Below are positions 44,304 through 54,690 of a stretch of DNA of 64,000 nt, piece by piece. Numbering within the stretch: position 1 is the stretch's first letter; each line of letters begins with the position of its first letter. The translations under genes and the position numbers were made by a program. The stretch is from an uncultured Methanosarcinaceae archaeon (GTDB taxonomy: Archaea > Halobacteriota > Methanosarcinia > Methanosarcinales > Methanosarcinaceae): assembly GCA_963733675.1 (NCBI GenBank), contig CAVTET010000001.1:832001-896000 (forward strand), written 5' to 3'. The notes beneath the pieces are model-generated. The model saw only the letters and a list, made by a program, of their open reading frames with translations. It did no database searches and was not told the origin of the DNA.

Positions 44304-44463
44304 TACGGTGTTATCTCCCAGTGTATCTGCCTACTACGTACCTCGATTGAAAAATAAAGCAAAGAAAAAGCCTACTTATTAGGAGGTTTTTTCCTTTTTC
44401 CCTTTAACTTCTTCTCAAGCTTCTCTATTGCATTTTGTTCCTGGATTCTATATTAATTTCTGC

Positions 44464-46053
44464 TTATTTATCAAGGCTCAATTCTGAAGCAGTTAACTTA
44501 GAAGCTTCTTTGGTCAGCAATCCACTACCTTGTTTTCGTGTGTTAATGACAAACCACATCGCTCCAATGACAATCCATACTGCTACTATACCCAAGGCAA
44601 TCACAGCATCATTTGCTGAAGCTCCACCAGCGCTGATGGCAAGATATACCACTGCTCCTAGCATTAGCAAATTAGCCAAGAAACCCAGTAGTGGCACAAC
44701 ACGGTGTTTGAAGAAACTGGCATCAGAACGATGTAGAAATGCCCAGAAGCAGATAATATTGGTTAATCCATAGAGTATGAAGGTACCCGTATTAGATGCT
44801 AGAGTGATTTGAGTCAGATTATCTACATTTAGGACTCCATATGCTCCAAAGGCTGCAGAAAATAACACTAGCAACCAAATACCCCAATGTGGTGTGAGGA
44901 AACGACCATGCAAAATACCCAATATCGAAGGCATCTCTTTATCGTTACCCATGGAATATGTTATACGGACTCCCGTATTAAGACAAGCTAAAGTGGTACC
45001 GATTAATGCCAGCACTACAGTTGCAGCCATAATCAGAACTAAAACTAATCCGGTACCACCTAGCATCTGGTCACCTATAATCCGTATCATATCACCAATC
45101 GGAGCTCCAGATGCTCCAGCTGCAGCGTAGCCAGTAACTGTAGCTCCAGATGTATCTACCCCAATCAATTGAGGACCGATAAAATAGTTAGCAGCGAAAT
45201 ATTCGATTAGATAGGCAAATAACCCCTGAATAAGCAAAGACAAAATGATCGCTCTCTTAATATCGTGTTTTGGCTTGATCGCCTCTGCACCTAATGCTGT
45301 AATCGATTCAAAACCTACCAATAGCAATATAGCTATAGTAGACTGGAATAACACATTTGTGAAGTTATGCGGAATTATTATAGAAGACATGGATTGTGTA
45401 TAAGCCAGTTCCGGGTGTGCATACCGGTACAAGATTGCCAATGCTGAGAAACCAACTAGTGAAGCTAGCTGTATTGCATTAATGATCATCGCTGTGAACG
45501 TTGATCCGCTAATTCCACGATAAGCTATGTAGCCATTTAAGAAGGCAAATAGTGCTGCAACTAGAATTTGCTCCCACACAGCTAATGTGATTCCGAACAA
45601 GCCCATGATGTAAACAATTAGAGTGGCTGAAAATGCTATCATTATACCTGGATAAATCCAGTAATAGAGGTGCGATATCCAGCCTGTTAGAAACTTTGCA
45701 ATTCGTGCCCACTGACGATGACTGGCTTTTTCCTTCTCTAGAAAAGCAGCTTCAGCAAAATAATATGAGGAACCACTACCTGCTTTTGGGTAGATGTTTG
45801 ATAACTCGGCATATGAGATTGCAGTTAATAAGGCTAGAATAAGAGCGGCAACCAATCCAGTCCACATCTCAGATGCGGTTGTTATTGAACCATTCATCTG
45901 AGCTGCCTGTACTTGGAAAGTGGTCCACAAGAAAGCACCCGGAGCGATGAGTGCCATGGCATTTACCAAAAGAGATGTCAGGTTCAGCGTACGCTTCATT
46001 TTTATGGTCAATTTGCCATCTTCTGATTGGTCACTATCCTGTGTATGATTCAT
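44464..46053 (-). CDS. APC-family amino acid/amine permease
   Basis: ~12 TM segments; IAPGAF, SYAEL...YP.AG.GS.Y, GFES....AEA..P, R..YSM..D..P. Confidence 0.9.
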   Translation of the reverse strand: MNHTQDSDQSEDGKLTIKMKRTLNLTSLLVNAMALIAPGAFLWTTFQVQAAQMNGSITTASEMWTGLVAALILALLTAISYAELSNIYPKAGSGSSYYFAEAAFLEKEKASHRQWARIAKFLTGWISHLYYWIYPGIMIAFSATLIVYIMGLFGITLAVWEQILVAALFAFLNGYIAYRGISGSTFTAMIINAIQLASLVGFSALAILYRYAHPELAYTQSMSSIIIPHNFTNVLFQSTIAILLLVGFESITALGAEAIKPKHDIKRAIILSLLIQGLFAYLIEYFAANYFIGPQLIGVDTSGATVTGYAAAGASGAPIGDMIRIIGDQMLGGTGLVLVLIMAATVVLALIGTTLACLNTGVRITYSMGNDKEMPSILGILHGRFLTPHWGIWLLVLFSAAFGAYGVLNVDNLTQITLASNTGTFILYGLTNIICFWAFLHRSDASFFKHRVVPLLGFLANLLMLGAVVYLAISAGGASANDAVIALGIVAVWIVIGAMWFVINTRKQGSGLLTKEASKLTASELSLDK

Positions 46054-46159
46054 TTGGTTAGATTCTCCTTTTAGTAATCATTTATTTAGAACAAATTTCA
46101 GCTTTTCGTTTATTTTATTAAACATATGTAAAAAATGAATAGCTGAGTTTTATTCTTGT

Positions 46160-46685
46160 TGAATATCAGTTATAACCGGTAATTAATAGGTGACTTAATT
46201 ATATTTAAATATTCTCTAAAAGCTAAAAAAAATATCCAATTTACAGGCAATACATTGGTGATGTAATAATATTTAAATATTTGTATTATGCTTATATTTA
46301 TCAAATTTTCTTTTATTGTGTTTTTAATAAAATTTTGTACTTCATTTATTTTCCTATGGAAATTCGATAAAAACAAAATCAATAGGCCTTTTATAATCAA
46401 AAACTTTTCTAGGACTCCTATAATCAATACAAATACAAATAGTGAAATGGTAAACTTCTGGCGGGTATAAATATTTAAAAATTACTTTTCTATTTTAAAT
46501 ATCGTTAAGAACGGAAAATTACTGGCGATTTAATTATATTTAAATATTTTCTTTTATTATCTTTTTTTCATTGATTACAGGAAATTAATTGGCGATGTTA
46601 TAATATTTAACTACTTTTCTTTGTCTTCAAAAATATCTAGAATACCGGTAATTTACTAGAGACTTTATTTTATTTAAAATATTCT
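46160..46685 (-). repeat. Degenerate ~67-bp-period array of six TATA-containing units
   Basis: Core GG-N9-RGYGA-N7-TATTTAAA, first GG at 46178, 46246, 46449, 46513, 46580 and 46647. Confidence 0.8.
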
Positions 46686-46841
46686 GTTCTAAAAATATTG
46701 TTTTGGCATTTTTATTAATATATCTTTCCGAAGAAAATCTGTTCTTTTATTGACATCATCAGAGCAAAAACAAACTCGAATTTATTCATCATTCAAGTGG
46801 GTAAATAGAGTTAGTTAAATATTTTAGTTTCAATAGATATA

Positions 46842-46886
46842 CTTAAATATGATATTTAGGATATAGGATACCTATTGATAGGTTCC
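46842..46886 (+). promoter_or_regulatory. TATA-like box plus near-palindrome GGATACCTAT-TG-ATAGGTTCC (nitrogen-operator-like)
   Basis: Shares ATAGGATACCT with the nifH promoter (61201-61211) at a similar distance from the TATA. Confidence 0.55.
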
Positions 46887-47228
46887 ATGAAATACTTAAG
46901 TACAATGATCAGGTTGAAAAGACTTGATTCGGTCAAGCGAGAGCTTCAGATAATTAAAGTTAATAGATTAACAGTATCCTCAGTTTTGGTTATGGTGTTC
47001 AAGGGGGCATCCAGAAACCAAAGCGATGAACCATGAAGCAAAGCTGCCCAAAAAATCAGGCTTGAAGTCACAGCAAACGATGATTTTCTGCAACCAATAA
47101 TTGAAGTAATAAAAATAAGACCAATAAGTAAGAATGGAAGAAATGTTGGGAACAGCAAAATCTTCATGCTACCGCTTGAGGATATCACAAGGATCTGCAC
47201 GAACGAAAACGGACTTCATACTATTTAA
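46887..47228 (+). pseudogene. glnK: PII (GlnK) pseudogene upstream of amtB
   Basis: MKYL..MIR..RLDSVK.EL.....LTVS.V|GYG.Q.G...KIRLEV...DD....IIE.I...G..G..KIF.LPLED..RI.T.E.G; frameshifts and a stop. Confidence 0.8.
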
Positions 47229-47241
47229 GTTGTGATCGAAA

Positions 47242-48435
47242 ATGACTATTGTAGCAGCAGATACTGGCTGGATGTTGATTTCATCGGCACTTGTATTATT
47301 AATGGTTCCAGGGCTTGCATTATTCTATGGTGGGTTGGTCCAGCGTAAAAACGTCTTGAGCAGCATGATGCATTCATTTGTTGCAATGGGTGTCATAGCC
47401 ATAGAATGGATTGTAATAGGTTATTCGCTTGCTTTTGGAACTGGAAACTGGTTTATAGGCAGTCTTGAACACGTATTTTTGAGAGACATCAATGCTTACT
47501 CATTAACAGGTACCATCCCCACATATGCGTTTATTGCGTTCCAGGGTATGTTTGCAATAATTACTCCTGCCCTTATTTCAGGTGCGATTGTGGGCCGTAT
47601 CAAATTCAAGTCATATATTGCATTTATTTTATTATGGGGTATCATCGTCTATGCACCTATCTGTCACTGGGTTTGGGGAGGTGGATTTCTCACAGGAAAA
47701 GCCCTAGACTTTGCAGGCGGTACTGTTGTCCATATATCATCAGGTATCTCGTCTCTTGCAATTTTGACTTATCTTGGCAAGAGAAGAGGATATGGGGTTG
47801 ATTCGATCAAACCTCACAATGTTACTCTCACCCTTATTGGTGCAGGGCTTCTCTGGTTTGGATGGTTTGGGTTCAATGCCGGTTCTGCTCTTGCTGCTAA
47901 TGAAATCGCAGCGGTTGCATTTCTGACCACGCTAGTAGCGCCAGCAGCTGCAGGGCTCTGCTGGATGGCTCTGGAATGGCATCACTTAGGACATCCTACG
48001 TCTCTTGGCTTTTCAACAGGAGTTTTAGCTGGATTGGTTGCAATCACTCCAGCTGCTGGTTTCGTCACACCTGTAGCAGCGATTCCAATAGGGCTGATAG
48101 CCGGCATCATATGTTATACAGCTGTGGAACTCAAAGGAAAGTTTGGATATGATGATTCACTGGATGTTTTCGGGGTCCATGGAGTCGGTGGAATGACAGG
48201 GGCTCTTCTAACTGGCATATTTGCGAGCATTGGATCTGCAGGTCTCCTTCTAGGAAATTCCAGCCAGTTAGTAATTCAGCTTGAAGGTGTCGTTGCCTCA
48301 GCTGTATATGCATCTGTCTGCACACTGATTATTGGATTTGTGATCAATAAGACGATGGGACTCAAAGTTAGTGAGAGTGAAGAAAACATCGGGCTTGACC
48401 AGACACAGCATGGTGAGGTCGCATATAATATTTGA
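47242..48435 (+). CDS. amtB: Ammonium transporter
   Basis: DT.W.L.S.ALVLLM.PGLALFYGG, FQ.MFAIIT, DFAGGTVVH, WFGWFGFNAGS and DDSLDVFGVHG (twin His intact). Confidence 0.97.
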   Translation: MTIVAADTGWMLISSALVLLMVPGLALFYGGLVQRKNVLSSMMHSFVAMGVIAIEWIVIGYSLAFGTGNWFIGSLEHVFLRDINAYSLTGTIPTYAFIAFQGMFAIITPALISGAIVGRIKFKSYIAFILLWGIIVYAPICHWVWGGGFLTGKALDFAGGTVVHISSGISSLAILTYLGKRRGYGVDSIKPHNVTLTLIGAGLLWFGWFGFNAGSALAANEIAAVAFLTTLVAPAAAGLCWMALEWHHLGHPTSLGFSTGVLAGLVAITPAAGFVTPVAAIPIGLIAGIICYTAVELKGKFGYDDSLDVFGVHGVGGMTGALLTGIFASIGSAGLLLGNSSQLVIQLEGVVASAVYASVCTLIIGFVINKTMGLKVSESEENIGLDQTQHGEVAYNI

Positions 48436-48436
48436 T

Positions 48437-48465
48437 TACAGGTAAATCTTTTACCTGTATTTTTA
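48437..48465 (+). terminator. Hairpin plus T-tract after amtB
   Basis: TACAGGTAAA-TCT-TTTACCTGTA followed by TTTTT. Confidence 0.7.
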
Positions 48466-49445
48466 TAAATTTTATGGATCCTATGCAATTAGGCTATGCT
48501 TGGTCAGAAAGTATTGGATAGACCCAAGCTAGAAATAAAAACATAGAAAAGTTTTGTGAGAATTTCAATCATGGGTAGAAACTAATCATCTCCATAAAAT
48601 TAATACATTTTTTATTGTCAATCCGATATTCTTCAGATGTACACGATTTTGAATTTGTTCATCTATTTGCCCACTAATATCTATTGAATGTTAGATTAAT
48701 TTTGAAGTTACTATCATATTTAAAAAAAATCGATGACATTTTTTTGGACATTTGGGGAAAGAGGGTTAATTAATCTAAACTTTTTCCAGTTTTTTTGTGC
48801 TAATTTGGTATTTGGCTGAGCCTGTATACTCTAAGAGCTATTTTGAAATTAGATTTCAGGTTGTGAAAGTCGGTTACTGGAAATTGTGAAAAGAGAATTA
48901 CTTTCAAATCTGATCTGATCAAAAAGCTAATATATAGTTTTTCTGTGATGTTTCGGTATATTTAATAACTATCTAAATACCGTCTCATTAAGCCCTTAGT
49001 TAAAGCTTCGTCCAAAATCACTATATTGCTCTGCAAAGAAATCCAATACATTTTGATCTAGAAATCGATATCGAAACTAACCTGGGTAAAACCAATTTTG
49101 GTATTTGGGTGTTTATAATCTAACAAGAGATCATATGAGCTGCGCTAAGTCAAAAACCGATTCATCTACCCATTTTTCGCAAAGCATGGTCATATTTAGT
49201 ACTTCGCATACCATTTAACATGATTGACAATAACTTTAAAAAATTAGTTTTGTTGTAACTCTGCATCTTATTATAAATTATTGCCAAATTTGATTTAAAG
49301 TTCAATTCCGGATACTTCGAATATTAGCAATTAATTCGGGACTGAAAGTTTGTTTTAGTTTGCTATTAAGTAATTTTTTTTTCAACTATTTTATCTACGG
49401 TTTTCATGGAAAGAGAAATATTGAAATGTATCGAGAAATAATTTA

Positions 49446-50744
49446 TCAAGATTTCCATTTTATATTTTTTCCGAGATATTTTTCAAGAAATTCAGTATCA
49501 TCAAAAAGCGATTCTGAGTCCTTCGGAATCGATTTTTTTCCTTGAGATTTCAAAAACTCGACCTCTAGCCCATCCATACTCGCATCTTCAGAATCATTCG
49601 CAGGTAATTCGTGACTTTGACGCCATGTAGTTACACTGTGTCTTCTCACTTTGAGTATTTCCGCAACTCTACCATCTGACAGCTTCAAGTCATATAGTTC
49701 ACGCATCTCCCAGTGCCGTCTTCCACGATTCGGCGCAAGTCCTAGATGGTGGCGTATTCTAAAGACAGCAGATTGAGAAATGTTGATAACTTTACCAATC
49801 ATAGAATCGCTCATGCCCGAGTGGTAAAGCTGTTTGAACTCATCAATGTCAATGTCTTTTCGCTTGTTTTGTCGAGGCATTCGCTTTTGCTTGTATAGTC
49901 CAAGACTGCGACGGCGGTTAGAGATTGTCCTGTCACAAACACCAAAAACTTTACCGATCTCAGCATCGCTAAGACCTTCGGAAAAAAGCTGTTTAAGCTC
50001 ATCGACATTTATTTTTTTTAATGTGTGTCGCAACACAACTATTTTCTTCTTTAACGCTTTTCCTACAAGGCTTTCCAAAAATTTTGTATCACAAAAAAGA
50101 GACTCTGAGTCCAGTTTAATCGGCTCATCTTCATCAGGTATGATCTGTTGCTTGCGTCGGAATAAACCTAAATCATGGCGCCTTTCATAAACTATATAAG
50201 CACTAACACCGAAAATGGTTCCAATTTCTTTATCGGTAAGCCCTTTGGCAAAGAGATCTTTTAATTTGTCAATGTCAACATGCTTCCTACCTGATGCCTG
50301 CGGTGGCAGTCCTAGATCACTACGTATTTTACGTGCTGTGTCACGGCATATACCCATAACATCTGCGATTTTTCTATCGTTTAAGCCTTCAGAATGAAGC
50401 TTTTTGAATTTTTCGATGTTAGAAGCTGAATCTTCCCACTTTTTACATCTGGATAAACCAAGACTTTTGCGGTGGTTTAAGATTGTTTTATTACTTACGC
50501 CAAAAACTGAACCAATCTGCTTGTCGCTAAGACCTTTTGCATAAAGCTTTTTGAGTTCATCATTATCTATTATTGGGGATACTACGGGTTTTCGACCTCT
50601 TGCGAGTGATGGGAGCCCTAAATTGCAGCGTATTTTGCGTGCAGTTTCTTGAGAAAAGCCAAGAGAATTGCCGATGTCCTTGTTGGTCATGCCTTCAGCA
50701 TGGAGCCTTTTGAACTCTTTTATATCGACATGTATTTTTTTCAA
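49446..50744 (-). CDS. Tandem helix-turn-helix repeat protein (7 HTH units), putative DNA-binding protein
   Basis: Repeat D..EFK.L...G.SD..IG...G.S..T....R..LGL x7; TTG start at 50744 after a GAGGTG RBS. Confidence 0.8.
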   Translation of the reverse strand: MKKIHVDIKEFKRLHAEGMTNKDIGNSLGFSQETARKIRCNLGLPSLARGRKPVVSPIIDNDELKKLYAKGLSDKQIGSVFGVSNKTILNHRKSLGLSRCKKWEDSASNIEKFKKLHSEGLNDRKIADVMGICRDTARKIRSDLGLPPQASGRKHVDIDKLKDLFAKGLTDKEIGTIFGVSAYIVYERRHDLGLFRRKQQIIPDEDEPIKLDSESLFCDTKFLESLVGKALKKKIVVLRHTLKKINVDELKQLFSEGLSDAEIGKVFGVCDRTISNRRRSLGLYKQKRMPRQNKRKDIDIDEFKQLYHSGMSDSMIGKVINISQSAVFRIRHHLGLAPNRGRRHWEMRELYDLKLSDGRVAEILKVRRHSVTTWRQSHELPANDSEDASMDGLEVEFLKSQGKKSIPKDSESLFDDTEFLEKYLGKNIKWKS

Positions 50745-51718
50745 TCTGCACACCTCGAGAAAAAAATTGCTATTCACCTGGAAAATCAAATTGGGCTTTT
50801 TATACAGGAAAATAAGTAAAGGTTTTGTTACACATTAAAGAAGTTAAGTTGGTATTTTGATTCTATTTTACAGAAGTGCTTAATGAATACTCATATTCTT
50901 TAGGTTAAGGTGGAGTGAATCCTATCTAACTTTTTTATCGGCGTTATCCTATTTTACTCATCTTTATATATATTTATCAGGATAACTACATCCTTTTTCT
51001 GATATAATACTATAAAAAACTATTGTTAAATCTTGTAGTAGACTTCCGACAAACCTTCAATTTCAACAAATTGTTTATAAATGTTCTATGAACAACCATT
51101 CTAAATTGATTTATAGAAATATTCTAGATTATCCTCATTCTAATCAATGTTTATTTTATATATGAGTATACTGGAAATAGGATACTGATTTCCTATACTT
51201 GATTGGAGCAAGTAAATGAGCAAAAAAACAATATGATACAAATAGCGATCTATAGAAAGATAGTATTGGAAAATTACTTCCATGCAAAATCTGACTGCAA
51301 CCTTTACAACTGTGAGAAATAAAATTCTTCTTGTTAGGTACAACCCGAATCAGACTCTACCAGAATGCATTTTTGAGGCTGAATCTGGAGACAGCACTTG
51401 ACAATCTGAGAAATAGGGAGATTAAAGAGTATATTTTAAAATTGTTGTATAACCAGGTTTTTGTATTATTAAATTTGTAGAGTCCAGTGTACCGGAAATA
51501 TAAAAAAGGCATGCTTAGGGAACCTAGGGAAGTTATTGAAAATAAAACTTAGAATTATAGTCATGTTTATACAATAATGTTATTGTATATTTATAAAATT
51601 CTAAATTTTACAAAGAAATCTCTCAATAATCTCAATAATGTGGTTTTGAAACTAAATTTTTGGATCTTCTTATAAATAATTTACGCTGGCTGAGCAATGA
51701 TGTTTACAGAGCGATGAG

Positions 51719-52702
51719 GTGCTTATGATGTTTAAAGAAAGCGAAATAGTCTGCGGATATAAAATATTAGGGTGTCTTGGTAAGGGGGGATTTAGCCAGA
51801 TCTACAAGGCCAGCGATCTGAATGGTAAGCCCGTTATACTTAAATTCCCAGATCTTTCTTTAATTAGTGACCCAGTTACGTACGAACGATTTCTTCGAGA
51901 ATTCGCTATTGGGCAAAAGTTGAATCATCCTGCGATTCCTAAAGCTATCAACCTTGTGGAAAGCTCTGATGGTCTTTTTCTTGTTTTAAACTATATAGAA
52001 GGTAAATCACTCCGCGTCTTCATCAGCGACAATGCTCCATTACCTCTTAGCGAAGCACTCTCTATAGCCGACCAGCTTGTTGATGCAGTCGATTATCTTC
52101 ATGTTAATGGAGTTTGTCATCGTGATTTGAAACCTGAGAATATAATTCTCGGACCGGATGGTAGACTCCATATTATTGACTTTGGTAGTTCTCTACTTGA
52201 AGGTAGCCGGCGTGTAACATGGAGATTCGGTTCAGATACCTTTGGAACACCTGATTATATGGCACCTGAGCAAATACAGGGAAAACGTGGAGATGTGCGT
52301 ACTGATGTGTATGCACTTGGAATTATACTATATGAGCTGCTAACTGGAACGGTGCCATTTCATGGAGACAATGCTCTTTCTGTAATGAACCAACATCTAA
52401 CGGCAATTCCTATCTCTCCCCGTAAGCTTCAATCATCAATTCCCCCTGAAATTGAAGCTATAATATTTAAGTCAATACGCCGGAATCCTGATGAGCGATA
52501 TCAGTCTGCTAGTGAACTCCGGAATGATTTAAAGCATTTTGCAGATATCGATTTATCGCAATTTCCCCTGGGTCCAGAACCAAAATCAACTGGTGTATTA
52601 ACTGATCGTCAAATATGGATAGGAACTTTCCTTATTTTCATTGTATTTTTGATACTTACAGCATTAATTGAGTTAGTTACTTATCTGATGCAGCACCACT
52701 GA
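51719..52702 (+). CDS. Hanks-type Ser/Thr protein kinase with a C-terminal TM anchor
   Basis: LGKGGFS, ILK, RF.RE, HRDLKPEN, IIDFG, GTPDYMAPEQ and DVYALG; hydrophobic C-terminus. Confidence 0.95.
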   Translation: MLMMFKESEIVCGYKILGCLGKGGFSQIYKASDLNGKPVILKFPDLSLISDPVTYERFLREFAIGQKLNHPAIPKAINLVESSDGLFLVLNYIEGKSLRVFISDNAPLPLSEALSIADQLVDAVDYLHVNGVCHRDLKPENIILGPDGRLHIIDFGSSLLEGSRRVTWRFGSDTFGTPDYMAPEQIQGKRGDVRTDVYALGIILYELLTGTVPFHGDNALSVMNQHLTAIPISPRKLQSSIPPEIEAIIFKSIRRNPDERYQSASELRNDLKHFADIDLSQFPLGPEPKSTGVLTDRQIWIGTFLIFIVFLILTALIELVTYLMQHH

Positions 52703-53851
52703 AAGAAAGCTGCCCGTGGATAGATCGTCAAATTATAATGGTTAAATGAATGATTAACGATATACTCTATTCATATATTTTGTAACTATTTCGTACTGCT
52801 TATAGCAATTTAAAGTTCAAAATAGGATCTTTCAAGAATAAATGCTTTGTTCTGGGATTAAAGCCGGCTTGATGTGATTCTCCAAATATTTGTTCGGGAT
52901 AGTCACTGAAGAATTTGATAATCAAGCCTTAATAAGATGCATAGGTGTTGAATGCATCTATAAAAGCGTAAAGGCCTTAAGCCTGAACAAAGGAGTTGGC
53001 TACATATTACAAACAAGTAGATAAATATTTTATAAAATATAGCATTTTAACATCAAATAGTTATAATTTATTAATATGATTTTCTTCTTATGAAAAAGGT
53101 TGACTCATTTAACTCTTAAAAAAATATGAATCTCTTAAATTAGTTAGAAACAAAATTGGTTAAATATAAAATATAGTTCTCTGAGCATATTTGAAGCTTA
53201 AATAATCATTATATTTAAAATTTTTATTTTGTAGAAATGGAATGGTCTTTCTGAATTTGGACTTGAGAATAAATATCTTGATCAAATTTTTGGTAAATTT
53301 TTTCGTTTTCCTGACTAAATGTACACAGTATCAATAGTCTCTTCTTCAGAAAAAGAATTCCTAATAACTGTAAAAGGATAGTGAATATTGGAACAGTTGG
53401 AAAGTTGACTTTATTACCTTGATTATGAAAAAAGACTGATTCAAAGTTATATTTTTATCTAATAGGAACCTGGAAATACAAACGCAATAAATCTCAAAAA
53501 TGAAGCAAAAAGAAGAACAAAAAGTAAAAACGGAAGTCGAAAAAGAGAAATTCAAGTTTATACTTTGAATATAAATTTCATCTATTAATAGATAAGAATT
53601 ATGATCTTATCAGATGATCTGAAATAACTTCATAATTTTCAGATAGACTCATCCTAACAAGAATGCAGTTTGTAGGGAAAATGGATCGTTGGATAATCAT
53701 AAAAAAGGCTGGTGCAAAAATAAAAAGGCTATTAAATTAATATTTAGTGAAATAAATGATATAATTAGGAAATTGTAGCACCGATAAAGTAGGTTTAGTC
53801 ATAAATAAAAAGGTAATAAATAATTATCTTGTGACCTTTTTGCCTAAAAAA

Positions 53852-54181
53852 CTATTTCCAAATTTCATCAGTTCTTACTTTTGCCACCATTTCAACAGGT
53901 AGGATAAATATCTTTCCATCGCCGAATTTTCCTGTCCTTCCAGCAGCTCGTATTGTTGAAATAATAGTATCTACTTCTTGGTCTTTTACTACTATCTCAA
54001 GCATAATCTTCGGTAGTGTATCGACTTCAACTTTTTTCCCTCTATGTTCGAGGGTTATGCCTTTCTGCTCCCCTCTTCCAGTTATCTCAAAAATGCTCAT
54101 GGCAATGAACCCCTTTTCTTCGAGAGCCTTTTTTACATTATCCATTTTCTCTGCCCGTATTATTGCTTGTACCATCTTCAT
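53852..54181 (-). CDS. glnK: PII nitrogen regulatory protein
   Basis: MKMV.AIIR.EK...VK.AL, GRG.QKG, LPK..LEIVV and RTGKFGDGKIF.LPV. Confidence 0.93.
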   Translation of the reverse strand: MKMVQAIIRAEKMDNVKKALEEKGFIAMSIFEITGRGEQKGITLEHRGKKVEVDTLPKIMLEIVVKDQEVDTIISTIRAAGRTGKFGDGKIFILPVEMVAKVRTDEIWK

Positions 54182-54313
54182 AGAATCAACTTCCTTTTAC
54201 TTAATCGCTATATCTCCCAATGAATGTTATTTTCAGTTATAAGTCTTTATAGATCTCCAAAATGTGATATCTCAAATTTATTTTACCAATCAAGTAATTA
54301 TGCTTATTATAGT

Positions 54314-54690
54314 CTACTTAATGCAAAAACTTACATTTTTTAGGTTTCTTACCTTGAAAAGGTTAACCTTGGAGAAGCTGATCTCATAAAATCTAACCTT
54401 AAAAAGGTTAGCCTCCTTAAGATTAGCTCCTTCAAGGTTAGTTTTTTCAAAGTGAGTCTTCTTCAAGATTAGCTTCTTTAAGGTTGGCTCCCTTAAAATT
54501 AGCTTTTTCAAGATTAGCCTATCTAAGTTTCGCTCACACAAAATTAGCTTTTTCAAGGTTAATCTATTCAAGATGAGCTCCCATAAAAGCTAGTCCCTTT
54601 AATGTTAGTTTCTTTCAGGTTAGCCTCTTAAGGCTATCTACCTCAAGGTTAATTTCTGTAAGGTCCATCATGCAATAACCCATTTCATTT
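54314..54690 (-). pseudogene. Degraded pentapeptide-repeat protein
   Basis: Repeated GCTAATCTTGAA / ANL.. units in shifting frames. Confidence 0.7.

Noticed and set aside
46160-46685. CRISPR array interpretation of the 67-bp periodic repeats
   Set aside because: Repeats are too degenerate and contain TATA boxes, the intervening parts share sequence (AATATC) instead of being unique spacers, and no cas genes are in the window.
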